Shown: piece after piece, positions 36,793 to 49,680 of the stretch
Numbering within the stretch: position 1 is the first letter of the stretch
Layout of the letters: the number at the start of each line of letters is the position of its first letter
Origin: the human T2T-CHM13v2.0 reference genome, Homo sapiens
Direction: 5' to 3' (one strand)
Assembly: GCF_009914755.1 (NCBI RefSeq)
Contig: NC_060936.1
DNA: 64,000 nucleotides
Made by a program: the position numbers and the translations under genes
The notes under the pieces: model-generated
Told to the model about the DNA's origin: nothing
Database searches by the model: none
The model's input: only the letters and a program-made list of their open reading frames with translations

Positions 36793-37794
36793 TTACAATT
36801 TGGCATGTTTTTGCAGTGGCTGGTACCGGTTGTTCCTTTCCGTGTTTAGTGCTTCCTTCATGAGCTATTTTAGGGCAGGCCTGGTGGTGACAAAATGTCT
36901 CAGCATTTGCTTGTCTGTAAAGTATTTTATTTCTCCTTCACTTACGAAGCTTAGTTTGGCTGGATATGAAATTCTGGGTTGAAAATTCTTTTCTTTAAGA
37001 ATGTTGAATATTGGTCCCCACTCTCTTCTGGCTTGTAGAGTTTCTGCCGAGAGATCAGCTTTTAGTCCGATGGGCTTCCCTTTGTGGGTAACCCGACCTT
37101 TCTCTCTGGATGCCCTTAACATTTTTTCCTTCATTTCAACTTTGGTGAATCTGACAATTATGTGTCTTGGCGTTGCTCTTCTCGAGGAGTATCTTTGTGG
37201 AGTCCTCTCTATTTCCTGAATGTGAATGTTGGCCTGCCTTGCCAGACTGGGGAAGTTCTCCTGGATAATATCCTCCAGAGTGTTTTCCAACTTGGTTCCA
37301 TTCTCCCCGTCACTTTCAGGTACACCAAGTAGATTTGGTCTTTTCACATAGTCCCATATTTCTTGGAGACTTTGTTTATTTCTTTTTATTCTTTTTTCTC
37401 TAAACTTCTCGCTGCATTTCATTCATTTCGTCTTCCATCGCTGATACCCTTTCTTCCAGCTGATCTCATTGGCTACTGAGGCTTGTGCATTCGTCACGTT
37501 CTCGTGCCGTGGTTTTCAGCTCCATCAGGTCCTTTAAGGACTTCTCTGCATTGGTTATTCTAGTTATCCATTCGTCTAATTTTTTTTCAAGGTTTTTAAC
37601 TTCTTTGCCATTGGTTCGAACTTCCTCCTTAGTTCGGAGTAGTTTGATCTTCTGAAGCCTTCTTGTCTCAACTCATCAAAGTCATTCTCGGTCCAGCTTT
37701 GTTCCGTTGCTGGTGAGGAGCTACATTCCTTTGGAGGAGGAGAGGCGCTCTGCTTTTTAGAGTTTCCAGTTTTTCTGCTCTGTTTTTTCCCCAT
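36793..37794 (-). pseudogene. L1 ORF1 (RNA-binding protein), disrupted
   Basis: ORF track shows MGKKQSRKTGNSKKQSASPPPKE (37576..37794) and a separate 36865..37422 piece; frameshifts and a premature stop after RPALK. Confidence 0.92.
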
Positions 37795-38788
37795 CTTTGT
37801 GGTTTTATCTACCTTTGGTCTTTGATGATGGTGACGTACAGGTGGGTTTTTGGTGTGGATGTCCTTTCTGTTTGTTAGTTTTCCTTCTAACAGCCAGGAC
37901 CCTCAGCTGCAGGTCTGTTGGAGTTTGCTGGAGGTCCACTCCAGACCCTGTTTGCCTGGGTATCAGCAGCGGTGGCTGCAGAAGAGCAGATATTGGTGAA
38001 CCACAAATGCTGCTGCCTGATCATTCCTCTGGAAGTTTTGTCTCAGGAGTATCTGGCCGTGTGGGGTGTCAGTCCGCCCCTACTGGGGGGTCAGGGACCC
38101 ACTTGTGGAGGCAGTCTGCCCGTTCTCACATCTCAAGCTGTGTGCTGGTAGAACCACTACTCTCTTCATAGCAGTCAGACAGGGACATTTAAGTCTGCAG
38201 AGGTTACTGCTGCCTTTTGTTTGTCTGTGCCCTGCCCCCAGAGGTGGAGCCTACAGAGGCAGGCAGGCCTCCTTGAGCTGTGGTGGGCTCCACCCAGTTC
38301 GAGCTTCCTGGCTGCTTTGTTTACCTACTCAAGCCTTGGCAATGGCGGGCACCCCTCCCCCAGCCTGGCTGCTGCCTTGCAGTTTGATCTCAGACTGCTG
38401 TGCTAGCAATGAGCCGGGCTCCGTGGGCGTAGGACCCTCTGAGCCAGGTGCGGGATATAATCTGGTGTGCCTTTTGTTAAACCTGTTGGAAAAGTGCAGT
38501 ATTAGGGTGGGAGTGACCCGATTTTCCAGGTGCCATTCGTCACCCCTTTCTTTGACTAGGAAAGGGAATTCCCTGACCCCTTGGGCTTCCCGGGTGAGGC
38601 GATGCCCCGCCCTGTTTCGGCTCACGCATGGTGCGCCGCACCCACTGTCCCGCACCCACTGTCCGGCACTGCCCAGTGAGATGAACCCGGTACCTCAGTT
38701 GGAAATGCAGAAATCACCCATCTTCTGCGACACTCATGCTGGGAGCTATAGACTGGAGCTGTTCCTATTCGGCCATCTTGGCTCCACC
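37795..38788. promoter_or_regulatory. L1 5'UTR with internal sense promoter (- strand) and antisense promoter (+ strand)
   Basis: Complete 5'UTR, CpG-rich relative to flanks; intact YY1 site CAAGATGGCCG (reverse complement at 38770-38780). Activity is inferred from L1 biology. Confidence 0.7.
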
Positions 38789-38905
38789 CTCATGAGACTT
38801 ATTCACAATCATGAGAACAGCACAGGAAATACCCGCCTTCATGATTCAGTCACCTCCCACGGGGTTCCTTCTGCGACACGTGGGGATTATTACAGTTCAA
38901 GGTGA
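38342..38905 (+). CDS. L1 ORF0 homologue, extended to 187 aa (putative; expression unknown)
   Basis: MAGTPPPAWLLPCSLISDCCASNEPGSVGVGPSEPG... is the ORF0 signature; ATG in GCAATGG context; frame open to TGA at 38903-38905 (part of ORF-track entry 38066..38905). Confidence 0.5.
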   Translation: MAGTPPPAWLLPCSLISDCCASNEPGSVGVGPSEPGAGYNLVCLLLNLLEKCSIRVGVTRFSRCHSSPLSLTRKGNSLTPWASRVRRCPALFRLTHGAPHPLSRTHCPALPSEMNPVPQLEMQKSPIFCDTHAGSYRLELFLFGHLGSTLMRLIHNHENSTGNTRLHDSVTSHGVPSATRGDYYSSR

Positions 38906-38939
38906 TATTTGGGTTCAGACACAGAGCCAAACCATATCA
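38789..38939 (-). mobile_element. THE1B-like MaLR solo LTR, 5' half
   Basis: Resumes exactly after the L1 TSD and ends ...gacacagagccaaaccatatca (reverse complement of TGATATGGTTTGGC); flanks tctag/gctag resemble a 5-bp LTR TSD. Confidence 0.88.
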
Positions 38940-39619
38940 GCTAGGAAATGACCGTAGAGATGAAAAGATATTGATGATATAAATAATTTCAATAAATATA
39001 TAGGGTTGGTTTGATCAGCTTGAATTTTAATTGTTGAAGATCACAAAGGTTACAGACAGCATTTTTGAGAGTTAAAGTGACATTTTTCAGAGATTACCAT
39101 GAACAGTAACAACTGTGAATAGCCAAAATTAAGCTGAAACATAAGATTTGTGTTGGGTTCTAAGATAGTTAGTGCTGCAAAGTCATGTTGAGGTGATGAT
39201 CTCAGGGATTTTTAGGTGTATCCTCTGTGTATCTTCAGGCCTGCCTCTTACTTCGTTGGTTCCCTAATTGCCATTCATCCTGCCTGTATCAGGGACCACT
39301 TTACCCGTCTTCTCTGAAGTTCTTGGTTATTTTATCTGAAGTTTGTTTTTTTTTTTTTTTTTTTTTTGGTAAATTTCTGTGATTATTCTGATTTACCACA
39401 TTTGGCTTTGAAATACTGTATTTAAATGTTGAGAATGTCATGCCTTAGGAATTCATAGCTAGTCTAAACTAAATAATGAAGGAGGAATATACTGGGAAAA
39501 TCCAGCCAACTTAAGTGGCTCCATTACATCTTCCAGTTTAATTCTTTATTACTTTCTGAGACCAATTCCTTTTGGGGATTTGGTTTGGTACAGAGGATTA
39601 GCTTACTTATCTCTGTATT

Positions 39620-39929
<310 letters not shown>

Positions 39930-40267
39930 TCTGTTTACTTTTTAGAATATGCTGCTTAGTTCTTATGAAATCAAAGGAAAGATTAAATGTCTTGATTAAA
40001 CGTTTTAGATCTGTGTTCAAAAAAGGTTTAAGAAACATTGGTTTTGCTACATGCATATATTCTTTCCTGGTAAAAAAAAATCTCAATTTGTCTTAGAAAG
40101 TCTGGTGTGAGTGTCAAGTAAAAAGGTGGTCACTTAACAAAGTATATATAAGCCCTTGACTTGTTTGCTTGAATAAAGCTGACAAATTGTACACACCAAA
40201 GATTCTAATGCTGTATATCCAAGATGAAGTCTGATTTAATTTTAAACTACAGCCATAGTTTAAACTA

Positions 40268-41028
40268 CAGCCATAACAATGGGAGTACATTCTGAGAAAT
40301 GCGTCAGGCACTTTTGTGAATGTGGACCATACTTAAACAAACCTGGATGATATAACCTCTTGCTCCTAGGCTATAAACATGTACAGCATATTGCTATACG
40401 AATTCTGTAGGCAGTTGTAACACATTGGTATTTGTGTATTTAAACATACCTAAACACAGAAAGGGTACAGTGAAAATAAGATACAAAACATTTTTTTAAA
40501 AAGGTTACACCTTTATAGGGCACTTATCATAAACGGAGCTTGCAGAACTGGAAGTTGTTCTGGGTAATTCAGTAAGTGGTGTGTGAATGTAAAGGCTTAG
40601 GACATTACAGTATACTACTGTGGACATTGGAAACACTGTACACTTAGGCTACACTAAATTTATTTAAAAATTTTCATTCTCGAATAATGAGTTAACCTTA
40701 GCTTACCGTAACTTTTTTACTTTATAACCTTTTTAATTTTTTAAAATCTTTTGGACTCTTTAATACTTGACTTAAACACGTACAGCTGTACAAAAATATT
40801 TTCTTCCCTTATATTCATACTTAGCTTTTTTCTATTTGAATTTTTTTGTTTTTTTACTTTTTAGATGTTTTTGTTTTGTTGAAAACTGATACACACACTC
40901 ATGTATTTGCTTAGGTCTATCAAGGCATCACTAGGCAATAGGAATTTTTCAGCTTGTTTATAATCTTACGGGACCACCGTTGTATATATGGTCCATCATT
41001 GACTGAAATGTCATGCTGCACATGACTG
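40268..41028. mobile_element. Tigger3/MER7-like TcMar DNA transposon
   Basis: cattctgagaaatgcgtc...tgctcctaggctataaac...gggcacttatcataaacggagcttgcag...gggaccaccgttgtatat...gcacatgactg. Confidence 0.8.
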
Positions 41029-41219
41029 TCGTTTATTAAAATTTTTATTTACCAAATTAACTTTTTAACATACGTTGTAACCAGTAATTTCAATGTATTT
41101 CGATATAATTGACATATCCTCTTTGAAATTTATAGAAATTGATTTTTATGTACCCTAATTTCTCTTTCAGGGAGAAGATGGGTATAGTTTAACCCTTTCA
41201 TATCATCCATCCATCCATT

Positions 41220-41600
41220 CCTACTAGTTCTGCCTCAGAGTATATCCTTTATTCAACTACTACTCACCACCCTATTAGGCCATCATTATCTATCACTGGC
41301 CTCCTAATGCATTTTCCTGCTTTCGTTTTATACCCTCTTTAGCCCATTCCTCATGGAGTAGCTAGGACCTTTAAAAAAAAAAAAAAGCCAAATTAAGTTA
41401 CTCTTAAGCTTCGCCTAAATCCTCTCTTGATTTCCCGTCTAACAAAGAATAAAATCCAAAGTCTCTCAGGCTCTCGAGGTGTACTATATGGTCTAGCCCC
41501 AACCAGTCTCTCTGACATGAGTTCCTACCCTTCACCACCTAAGTTCATGCTGCCTGAGCCATACCAGTGAGGGGTTTACTGACCCTCTGAACTGACTGCT
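41220..41600 (+). mobile_element. L2 fragment
   Basis: ggccatcattatct...tggcctcctaa...agaataaaatccaaa. Confidence 0.55.
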
Positions 41601-42025
41601 TTTCCTTCAAGCATTTGCCTGGTCAGTTACTTCTCTGCTTGTTTTCATCTCAGTTTTATGTTCCCTGATTATTTTTAAATACTTCCTACCCTGTTCCATC
41701 ATTCTATGTAGAATAAAGGACGGGCACTTTAAAATTAAATAAATCTAGCTTTATGAAAAACCTGTGTTGTCTTTTTCTCTTGTGATTTTGCCATGGATTA
41801 GAATTGTCTCATACCAGCACCCATCTCTGGATGGGGGTTTGCATTCATGGGGGAGAGTAAAACACCCTTACCTCTCCCTCCCTCCATCTGTCTTTCTCTC
41901 TGTCTCACTCTCGTTTTGTTTTTTAATTATTTGCTGAAGTCATGTAAGAATAATTAGTATTGTCACTGATGTGTAATTTCTGTGCCAGAGCACACAAAAC
42001 AGAAATTAAGCTTAAGTTTGGTATA

Positions 42026-42028
<3 letters not shown>

Positions 42029-42079
<51 letters not shown>
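42029..42079 (+). repeat. (CT)n(CA)n compound microsatellite
   Basis: Directly visible. Confidence 0.95.
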
Positions 42080-42080
<1 letters not shown>

Positions 42081-43357
42081 TGACTCTTGAGAAAATCTGG
42101 TATTGATGGAAAAGGAACATTTCTTCATTTTCTTTCGTCTGGAACATATGTTTAATTTTGCCTTCAAACCAAACCTTTTTGCAAGATATTAAGCATAAAA
42201 ATTTTAATTCTATACAATTAATTTCAATTTTAGAATTCTAGGAGTCTATAATGGTCTTGATGATAAGTGTTATACAAACAGTGTCAAAAGAAGAGTTTAT
42301 CAATTTGAGCTTATTTATGTGTATAAAATTTGATGAGAGATGCCTTGATATTCACCTGAAACTTTATTGAATAATTATTGAATTATGCATTTTCCATGTT
42401 TATTCTTTCTTAGAATTAGAGCTCAATAGTAAGAGTTCTATAAAGATAATTAAATGTATCTTTAACTTTCAAAAAACAAACTTCTAAAATCTTATGTGTA
42501 GTGAATCTTAATTTGCAAGCTCTAAAGTGATTTTTTGCCACTGTTTCCTTTTTGAAATTACTCACTAAGAAACATCTGTTTTCCCCCTAGTAGGGACTAC
42601 TTAGGGAGCTGGTGGATAGGCATGCGGGATCCTGGTCTGAAATAACAGAGTTACAGAATAGCATTCTGAGATTCACCAGGAGTCTGTTTCCCAAAAAAAG
42701 ATTAAGTACCTGTGTTCTAATAAATTGTTAGACCCTTAAAAAATATCTTTGTATATTTCACACCTCAAGCGATTACTTGCCTAAAAGCATATAGCAAAGT
42801 AATAGGTTAGCTGTCCTTAGACTTTATTTATACCTGACTGAATAGGTTTTCAGACCTCAGGAGGAAAGACAGTCAAATAATTAAGTTTCCTACATATTTA
42901 ACAGGGAACTTAAAATATATAAGAAATATTAAACAGCATGGGTGCTTTCAACAGAGTTACACGTAAAGTTTGGCCTTCAAAGTCTGCAACATAGTTCACC
43001 ACGTCTACTGATATGTAATAGTGACTACAGCATTTTTTGAAATGAGACATGGAAATTGTTCACTCATTTATAATGGAAGGAAATATTCTTAGTCATAATG
43101 AATGTACAAGACAGATATCAAATTTGAGATGAGTTTTCCCCAAAAATGTACTTGTGAAAAGACATAGTCACCTTGTATTCAAGTCTTTAAAATCTCTTTT
43201 CTCATTGACATTGGTTTACCTTGATTTTCAAAGTACTGTTAGGAGAAAGACACATTGACCTTAAATAACTTTAGTCAGTTAATAGTTTTGATAATTTTAT
43301 AGAGGTCACATTTTAAAAATAATTAAAAATTAAAATTAGCACAGATTTTAATAATTA

Positions 43358-43708
43358 CAGTTGGCCCTTCATACCCATGGGTTCTGCATCTGTGGGTCAA
43401 CCAGCTGCAGATTGAAAATATTTGGGGAAAAATAATGGATGGTTGTGTCTGTACTGAACATGTACAGACTGTTTTTTCTTGTAATTATTCCCTGAGCAAT
43501 ACAGTGACTATTTATATAGCATTTACATTGTATTAGATATTATAAGTAATCTAGAGATGATTTAAAGTATATGAAAGGATGTGTGTAGGTTATATGCAAA
43601 TATTATAAACCATTTTATGTGAGAGAATTGAGCATCCGTGGATTTTATTTTTTAATCCATGAGGGGAGAGGTCCTAGAACCATTTCTTCACAGATAGCAA
43701 GTGACAAC
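43358..43708. mobile_element. MER2 (TcMar-Tigger)
   Basis: ta-cagttggcccttc...gtactgaacatgtacagact...tattataagtaatctagagatgatttaaagtata...gagcatccgtggatttt. Confidence 0.85.
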
Positions 43709-44365
43709 AATTTATGTTGGTGTGAGCTCAAAATTGCTAATGTTGGATGTTACAAAGACTGGAAAAACAAATGAATAAGCAGGTTATATCATTGAAATAA
43801 TAACTTTATACCAGTATGATCAATGAAAGATTGTACTTCAGTTACATGAGTGGGTACTTGCTTGAGATAAAATTCTAGTATGCCACTATATATGCACTGA
43901 TTCAAAAAACGGTATATTTCAGTAAACTTAGATTGTAAGGAAAGATGAATGCTTGGGAAAACAGATAACTGAGAAAATAAGGTGATGACAGATACACAAA
44001 TGTGGAAGATGCATGTGAAGATTTTGAATAATTAAACCTAAACTTAATTTTTAAAAAATCTATGTATGGGAAAATGATATTGGCCATTTTTGAAGAGTAA
44101 GGTATACTTAGTTTTTTAAAAGGAAATGGAATTGTTAAGATAGGCTTTATGTGATTCTCCTACTTTTAGGGTCTGGAAATAAACATCTAACACTTTATTG
44201 TTATAATCAGATTTATGACTTTATCACATGCGCCACTAGCCATTAGTTGATCAATTTCTGTATCTTAGCAATGCTCCCTTCATGTTCTGTTTTCCACATA
44301 GGAGTAAGGTAACACTGAACATTTTCCAAAGTATTACCCCTGATAAAAGTAATATTTTTGTTTAG

Positions 44366-44488
44366 GTGACAAACAGCATGTTTGGTGCTTCAAGAAAGAA
44401 GTTTGTAGAGGGGGTCGACAGTGACTACCATGACGAAAACATGTACTACAGCCAGTCTTCTATGTTTCCACATCGGTCAGAAAAAGAT
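44366..44488 (+). CDS. CNOT2: CNOT2 exon 3 (aa 17-57, VTNSMFGASRKKFVEGVDSDYHDENMYYSQSSMFPHRSEKD)
   Basis: tttttgtttag|GTG acceptor, GAT|gtaagt donor, 123 nt, phase 0/0, in frame with the previous exon. Confidence 0.97.
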
Positions 44489-47074
44489 GTAAGTTAATCA
44501 ATTATGTTGTATTTTTTCAGCAATGTAAGTCTGTGTCTGGGTTCCTGAAAAACAGCATATCAAGTGCAGAATACTGTCTGTGGTTGAGTGACAATCTTTT
44601 CAGCACAGTGCTAGTCCCTTTGGTGCTTGTATCCTTTTGGGATACAAAGACAATGAATTTGTATTCTAATGGGGAAAATAAATATCCCATGATTCTCAAA
44701 TTGGGATATGGTAATACTGTGATAGAAGTACTCAAAGACATGGAGTAAACATGGTATAACTTCTAGATCACTGATTTTTTTTGTTTGTTCAATATGGGAA
44801 ATAACTTGTTTGATATTAAAACAAATGCAGATATAGAACAGAAAGCAGATTTACGCAGACTTGAAGATATAATGGCAAGCTGTAATAAAACTTTATGCTT
44901 ATTGTGTCATCTAGCTGTAATTCTGGACCTCAGGTGTATCTCTCCTCTGTTCAGCCATAGGGATACTATAATAGGAAAAATTTGGAAGAACTGTATTCAA
45001 AATGTGATGGATGATATAGAGATATGAATTAAATGCTTTGGAAGGCTAATAGTTCAATAATCCCATTTGGGATAAAAGGATTTAGAATGCAACCAAGTCA
45101 TAATTAGCAAATTTATAAAATACTTAAAAATGAATGTAATTACTAAAATTCTGTTAAGCTACTTTAAATTATACAATGTACTCTCTAGTCACACCAGTTG
45201 CATTCTTATACTTTGTACACCTGCCCAGCTTTTTTTACCTTTCACACTTTATAAACTTGCTATGCCAAATCTCCTTATGTATAAAACAATCTACTCTAGC
45301 TATTAACCTAATGAGATTTATACTGATGTTTGAAGCATTTATAAAGTTCTAAGATATGGAACAAATGCCCTTGTTTTTCTTTGAAGTTGATCATTAGTAA
45401 ATCACTTCCTTTGACTTTGCAGAATTTTGCAAATCAGCTTAACCTACTAGGTTTATGTTAGGATGTTTGTTATTCTGTTTTTGTATTTTCCTTTTTTATT
45501 TTGATTTGAACATTCTTGTGTCATTTTGAAAACAAACTATCAATGGCATTATTGGGCTTTTTTCAACTAATGTGTGTTGTGGCTTTGTTGATAATTAGTG
45601 TGTAGTTTAATAGCTTATGGAATAATGTCATCTAATTTTCTGTTATCTTATTGCGCTTTTAGCTATGTGCTATGTAACTTATAATTGAATTATTATTTAC
45701 ACAGGTTTCTATTTAAGTATTGACCTTGTAAATAAAGAATTTGGGATATATTTTTGGTAGTATCGCCGCAGAAACGAAAACCTACAATTTGTGTGTATTG
45801 CTGTGATTATATAATGAAAGTTAAGTTTGCTTGGAAAATGTTAATGAAATATTTATTACTGATGAAATGCATTTATTCTAATTAGGAAGATAGGAAGCTT
45901 TCAGACTGAAATCTAAAAGTATATAAAGAGAATGAATGACAAAGAGATATATGTCTTCTCAAAAGCAGAAATACTATATGTCTACATTTTAAAATCAGAA
46001 TTAGTATATATACTTACACACATACTCACAAATGTTGGCCACCATTCTGATCCAGTTGGTTGGCACAGAAGTAACAGAATGGTTTGATTCACAAAACCTT
46101 TTTTAAAAAAACATTAATTAAGAACATAGTATGGCATAGGAATTAAGAACTTGGACTCTAAAGCAATACAAATATGTGTGTTTGGATCCTGACTTTGCCT
46201 GTTAGCAAGAACTTCTCCAAGTCTCAGTTTCCTTTTCTGTAAAAATAGGAGTAATAATATATTGGCTACCTTATACATTGGCTGCTGTTGCTGTTACTTT
46301 TTTAAAATTACAAAATAGCACAGGTAAATTATACAAATTTTTAAAAATACACTTGAAGAAAAATTACCTATAATGCTATCAGAAATAATTGCTAAAATTC
46401 TAATTTTATGCTTTAAATATTTTTATTGAAAAATACACAATTATTTAAATCTTCTAGGTCATACAGACATATTTTCCATCAAAAAGTTTGTACCAGTTTT
46501 TACTGTAATCACCACTCTCCATGCCAACAAGAATACCAGCAATTACATTTAAGTCTTTGCTAATAGACAAGCTTATTGTTTTCATGTACATACAGTAAAA
46601 CATCATTAATTTTACACACACACAGTGTGATGGGTCTTTTCCATATAGTTATTGGTCATTTGTATTTCTTCCTTTGTGTACCTTTTTTGTGTCATTTTCT
46701 ATTTCTCTATTGAGATCTTAAGTCTTACTAGTTTGCATTCTCCATGTATTGAGGATAACAACCTCTTGTCATTCATTACAAATATTTTCCCAGTTTTTCA
46801 CCTTTAATTCTTGGTATATGTAGTATACGTATATTTGTCATTTTAATTAAATGTGATCCATCAGTCTTATTTTTAAATGGCTTCTGTTTTCGAGATCATA
46901 CTTAGGAAGACATTTCCCAATTACTTTCTTATAATACTTTTATGTTTTGTTCTTCACATATAATTTATGTCCATTAGAAATGTGTTTTGGTTTAACCTGT
47001 GAATTGTAGGGTTCCAAATACTTTTTTTTTCTACAAGCTTATCCAATTGCACCGACACCATTTATGCTTTAAAT

Positions 47075-47294
47075 CACGGGTCAGAAAACTTTCCCTTAAA
47101 GAACCAGATAGTAACTATTTTAGGCTTTGTGGACCAAGAAGCAAAATCAAGGATATATATAAAATCAAAACCTATTTTGTATAATAGGCCTTTATATAAC
47201 CATCTGTAATGTAAAAACTTTCTTAGTTCATGTATCTTACAAAAACAGGCAGTGTGCTGGATTTGTCCTGCAGGAAATAATTTGCCCACCCCTG
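47075..47294 (-). mobile_element. MER58-family MITE (MER58C-like)
   Basis: TIRs cacgggtcagaaaact / aatttgcccacccctg; ccagatagtaactattttaggctttgtgg; tacaaaaacaggcagt. Confidence 0.75.
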
Positions 47295-47714
47295 GGTTAG
47301 ATCATTAATTTATGGCTAATTAAAATATCCCTTTATTATATGTGCTAGTGTCTCATACATTCTTGGGCCTGTTTCTAAGATCTTGTTCTGTTTACCATAC
47401 TGATCCTGTGTCAGAACTACAACATAATTGAATTGCCATAGCTTTGTAGACCACTTTAACATCTTGGGTAAGAATCTTTGACATCCTTTGTTTTAAAAAA
47501 ATGGTTTTTGATTGTTGCACATTAATATCAATATAGATGGTTTTTCGGAAGGATATTTCTCCCTTTAATCTTGTTCTTTATGCGTTTTAATAGGGTTTTG
47601 CAGTTGCCATTTTCATTGCATTTTTCAGATTGGTTTTTACTGACCTATGGAATACTTTGTGTAGTTATTTTATAACAAACTGCCATGTAAAAGTCTTCTA
47701 TTAGTTTTTGGTGA

Positions 47715-47860
47715 TTGAGAATGTAAGCCCTGGAAATCCTACTATGTAAGTTTTTATGTCAGCTACCTGATTTGCTAGCTGTGTGTCTTAGGACATCAGT
47801 CTCTGTGTGTCTCAGTTTTCTCATCTGTAAAATAGGAACAATAGTACCTAGCTCATGAAG
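47715..47860 (+). mobile_element. MIR
   Basis: ctctgtgtgtctcagttttctcatctgtaaaataggaacaatagtacctagctca MIR core. Confidence 0.75.
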
Positions 47861-48310
47861 GATTTTTTTTTTTTAAGTGGGAGAATAGTTAGTGTTTGTG
47901 AGGGGGGCACTGAAGTGACTGCTGTAATTAAGACAGACTGTAGAAAATAGGTTAGCAATGAATATTGAAAACCTTTAAAATGTAAACATTCCTTGAGTCA
48001 GTCATATGTCTTTCCGTAAATTTGTACTTCAGCTGTAACCTGACATTCAGACAATATAATATAATGCCATACTTGTTTTTAACAAAAAATTTGAGGCTCA
48101 AGTGTTTAAGGAATTAAGTACATTGAGTATTACACTATTTTTCAAATGTTCCTTATGTAAGCTTAAGAATATTTTAATGAAAATTATTTGAAATACCTAG
48201 TAGATGCATATCATCAGTTACCTGATTTGTAAGCTACCCTGTTCTGTGACTTAATGACTATTTTATTTTACTGTCTGCCTCCTCCCTTGCCCCTTTTCTC
48301 TTTTGTTCTT

Positions 48311-48634
48311 GTTTGTTTGTTTGTTTGTTTGTTTGTTTTGGGGGATATTTTGAGACAGAATTTCGCTCTTGTTGCCCAGGCTGGAGTGTAATGGCACGAT
48401 CTTGGCTCACAGCAACCTCCGCCTCCTGGGTTCAAGTGATTCTCCTGCTTCAGCCTTCTGAGTAGCTGGGATTACAGGCATGCATCACCACGCCCGGCTA
48501 ATTTTTGTATTTTTAGTAGAAACGGGGTTTCTCCTTGTTGGTCAGGCCGGTCACGAACTCCTGACCTCAGGGGATCTGCCCTCCTCAGCCTCCCAAAGTG
48601 CTGGGATTACAGGTGTGAGCCACCGTGCCTGGCC
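48311..48634 (-). mobile_element. AluSp-like with (TTTG)n tail
   Basis: Antisense dimer; TSD ttgttctt. Confidence 0.92.
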
Positions 48635-49479
48635 TTGTTCTTTTTAATGTATTACCTTCTCATAGTTTTCTTTTTTTGTGCCTGTTTGCTAGATTTCATT
48701 AGTTTCATGTTTTAAGTTATCCGTTTTCCAATTTTAAAGGTTCTTTAGCTTCTGTCTAGATCTGGAACTCTTATGTGTGTGCATGCATATGCTTTCTTCC
48801 TTTTTCTTTGTCTCTTTTTCTCTTTGTAGATATGGTACAGTTAAAAAGTCATAATTCATTTGTGGTTTTTGTCCTGGAATAATAACATAGTGCTAGGAAT
48901 TATATTATCACCATAATTTTGAGTATATTATACAGAGTCTTTTAAAAATAATATTTTAAAACTTAAATATCATTTTTTAATTGCTGTCATGGTCATGGAA
49001 TTTTTATTTAACAAAATTTTGTTGTATTTCCTTGCAACAATTTGTGGATTTCTTTGACATTCTGTATATTAAAGGATAAAGAAGTTCTGTGAAGGGTTAG
49101 GGGAATAACCAGAATCACATTACTGTTTCTTCTAGTTGCTTCCTGGTTTTTATTGTTGTTGTTTGACTGCAGTGTGCATTGTAGATTTCTGAGAGATATG
49201 GAAGACCTGATTATTATGATGATTTTAGAGTGTGCTGTAACTTGTTGTTTTCAGCATTCTATTAATCTTTTTCTACCGTTTGCCACTCTTAAGAGCACAA
49301 GTTCTATGCCTTATTTTACCTGGAATTTGTGAAGATAAACTTTCTTTAGCCCCTTGGGCAAAAAGTTATATAAATTAAGGGTATTATTTAATACATTTCT
49401 CAAGAGTCTGAATGCCCCCTCTCACTCCTATTAATGAGAGTTCTGCAACTGAGGGGAAGATTAGATTATTAGCAGCTGC

Positions 49480-49680
49480 TGCTACCATTTATTGAGCACA
49501 TACTATATGCCATATCTTATTTCATTTAACCTATACTTCAGCTCTGTGAGGTAGGTAGTTATTTTCATTTTATAGGAAGGAAACCAAGTATTGGTTGTTC
49601 CATAGGTAAGTGGCAGAACCAGGATTCAAACCCAGATTATTTCTGACTCCAAAACTAGACTCTTTTTACTTGTGCTGCAT
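49480..49680 (-). mobile_element. MIR
   Basis: accatttattgagcac...ctctgtgaggtagg...gtaagtggcagaaccaggattcaaacccag. Confidence 0.75.

Noticed and set aside
38835-38860. DUX4 site in the THE1B LTR
   Set aside because: The position reads TGACTGAATCA on the LTR strand instead of TAATTGAATCA, so the motif is degraded.
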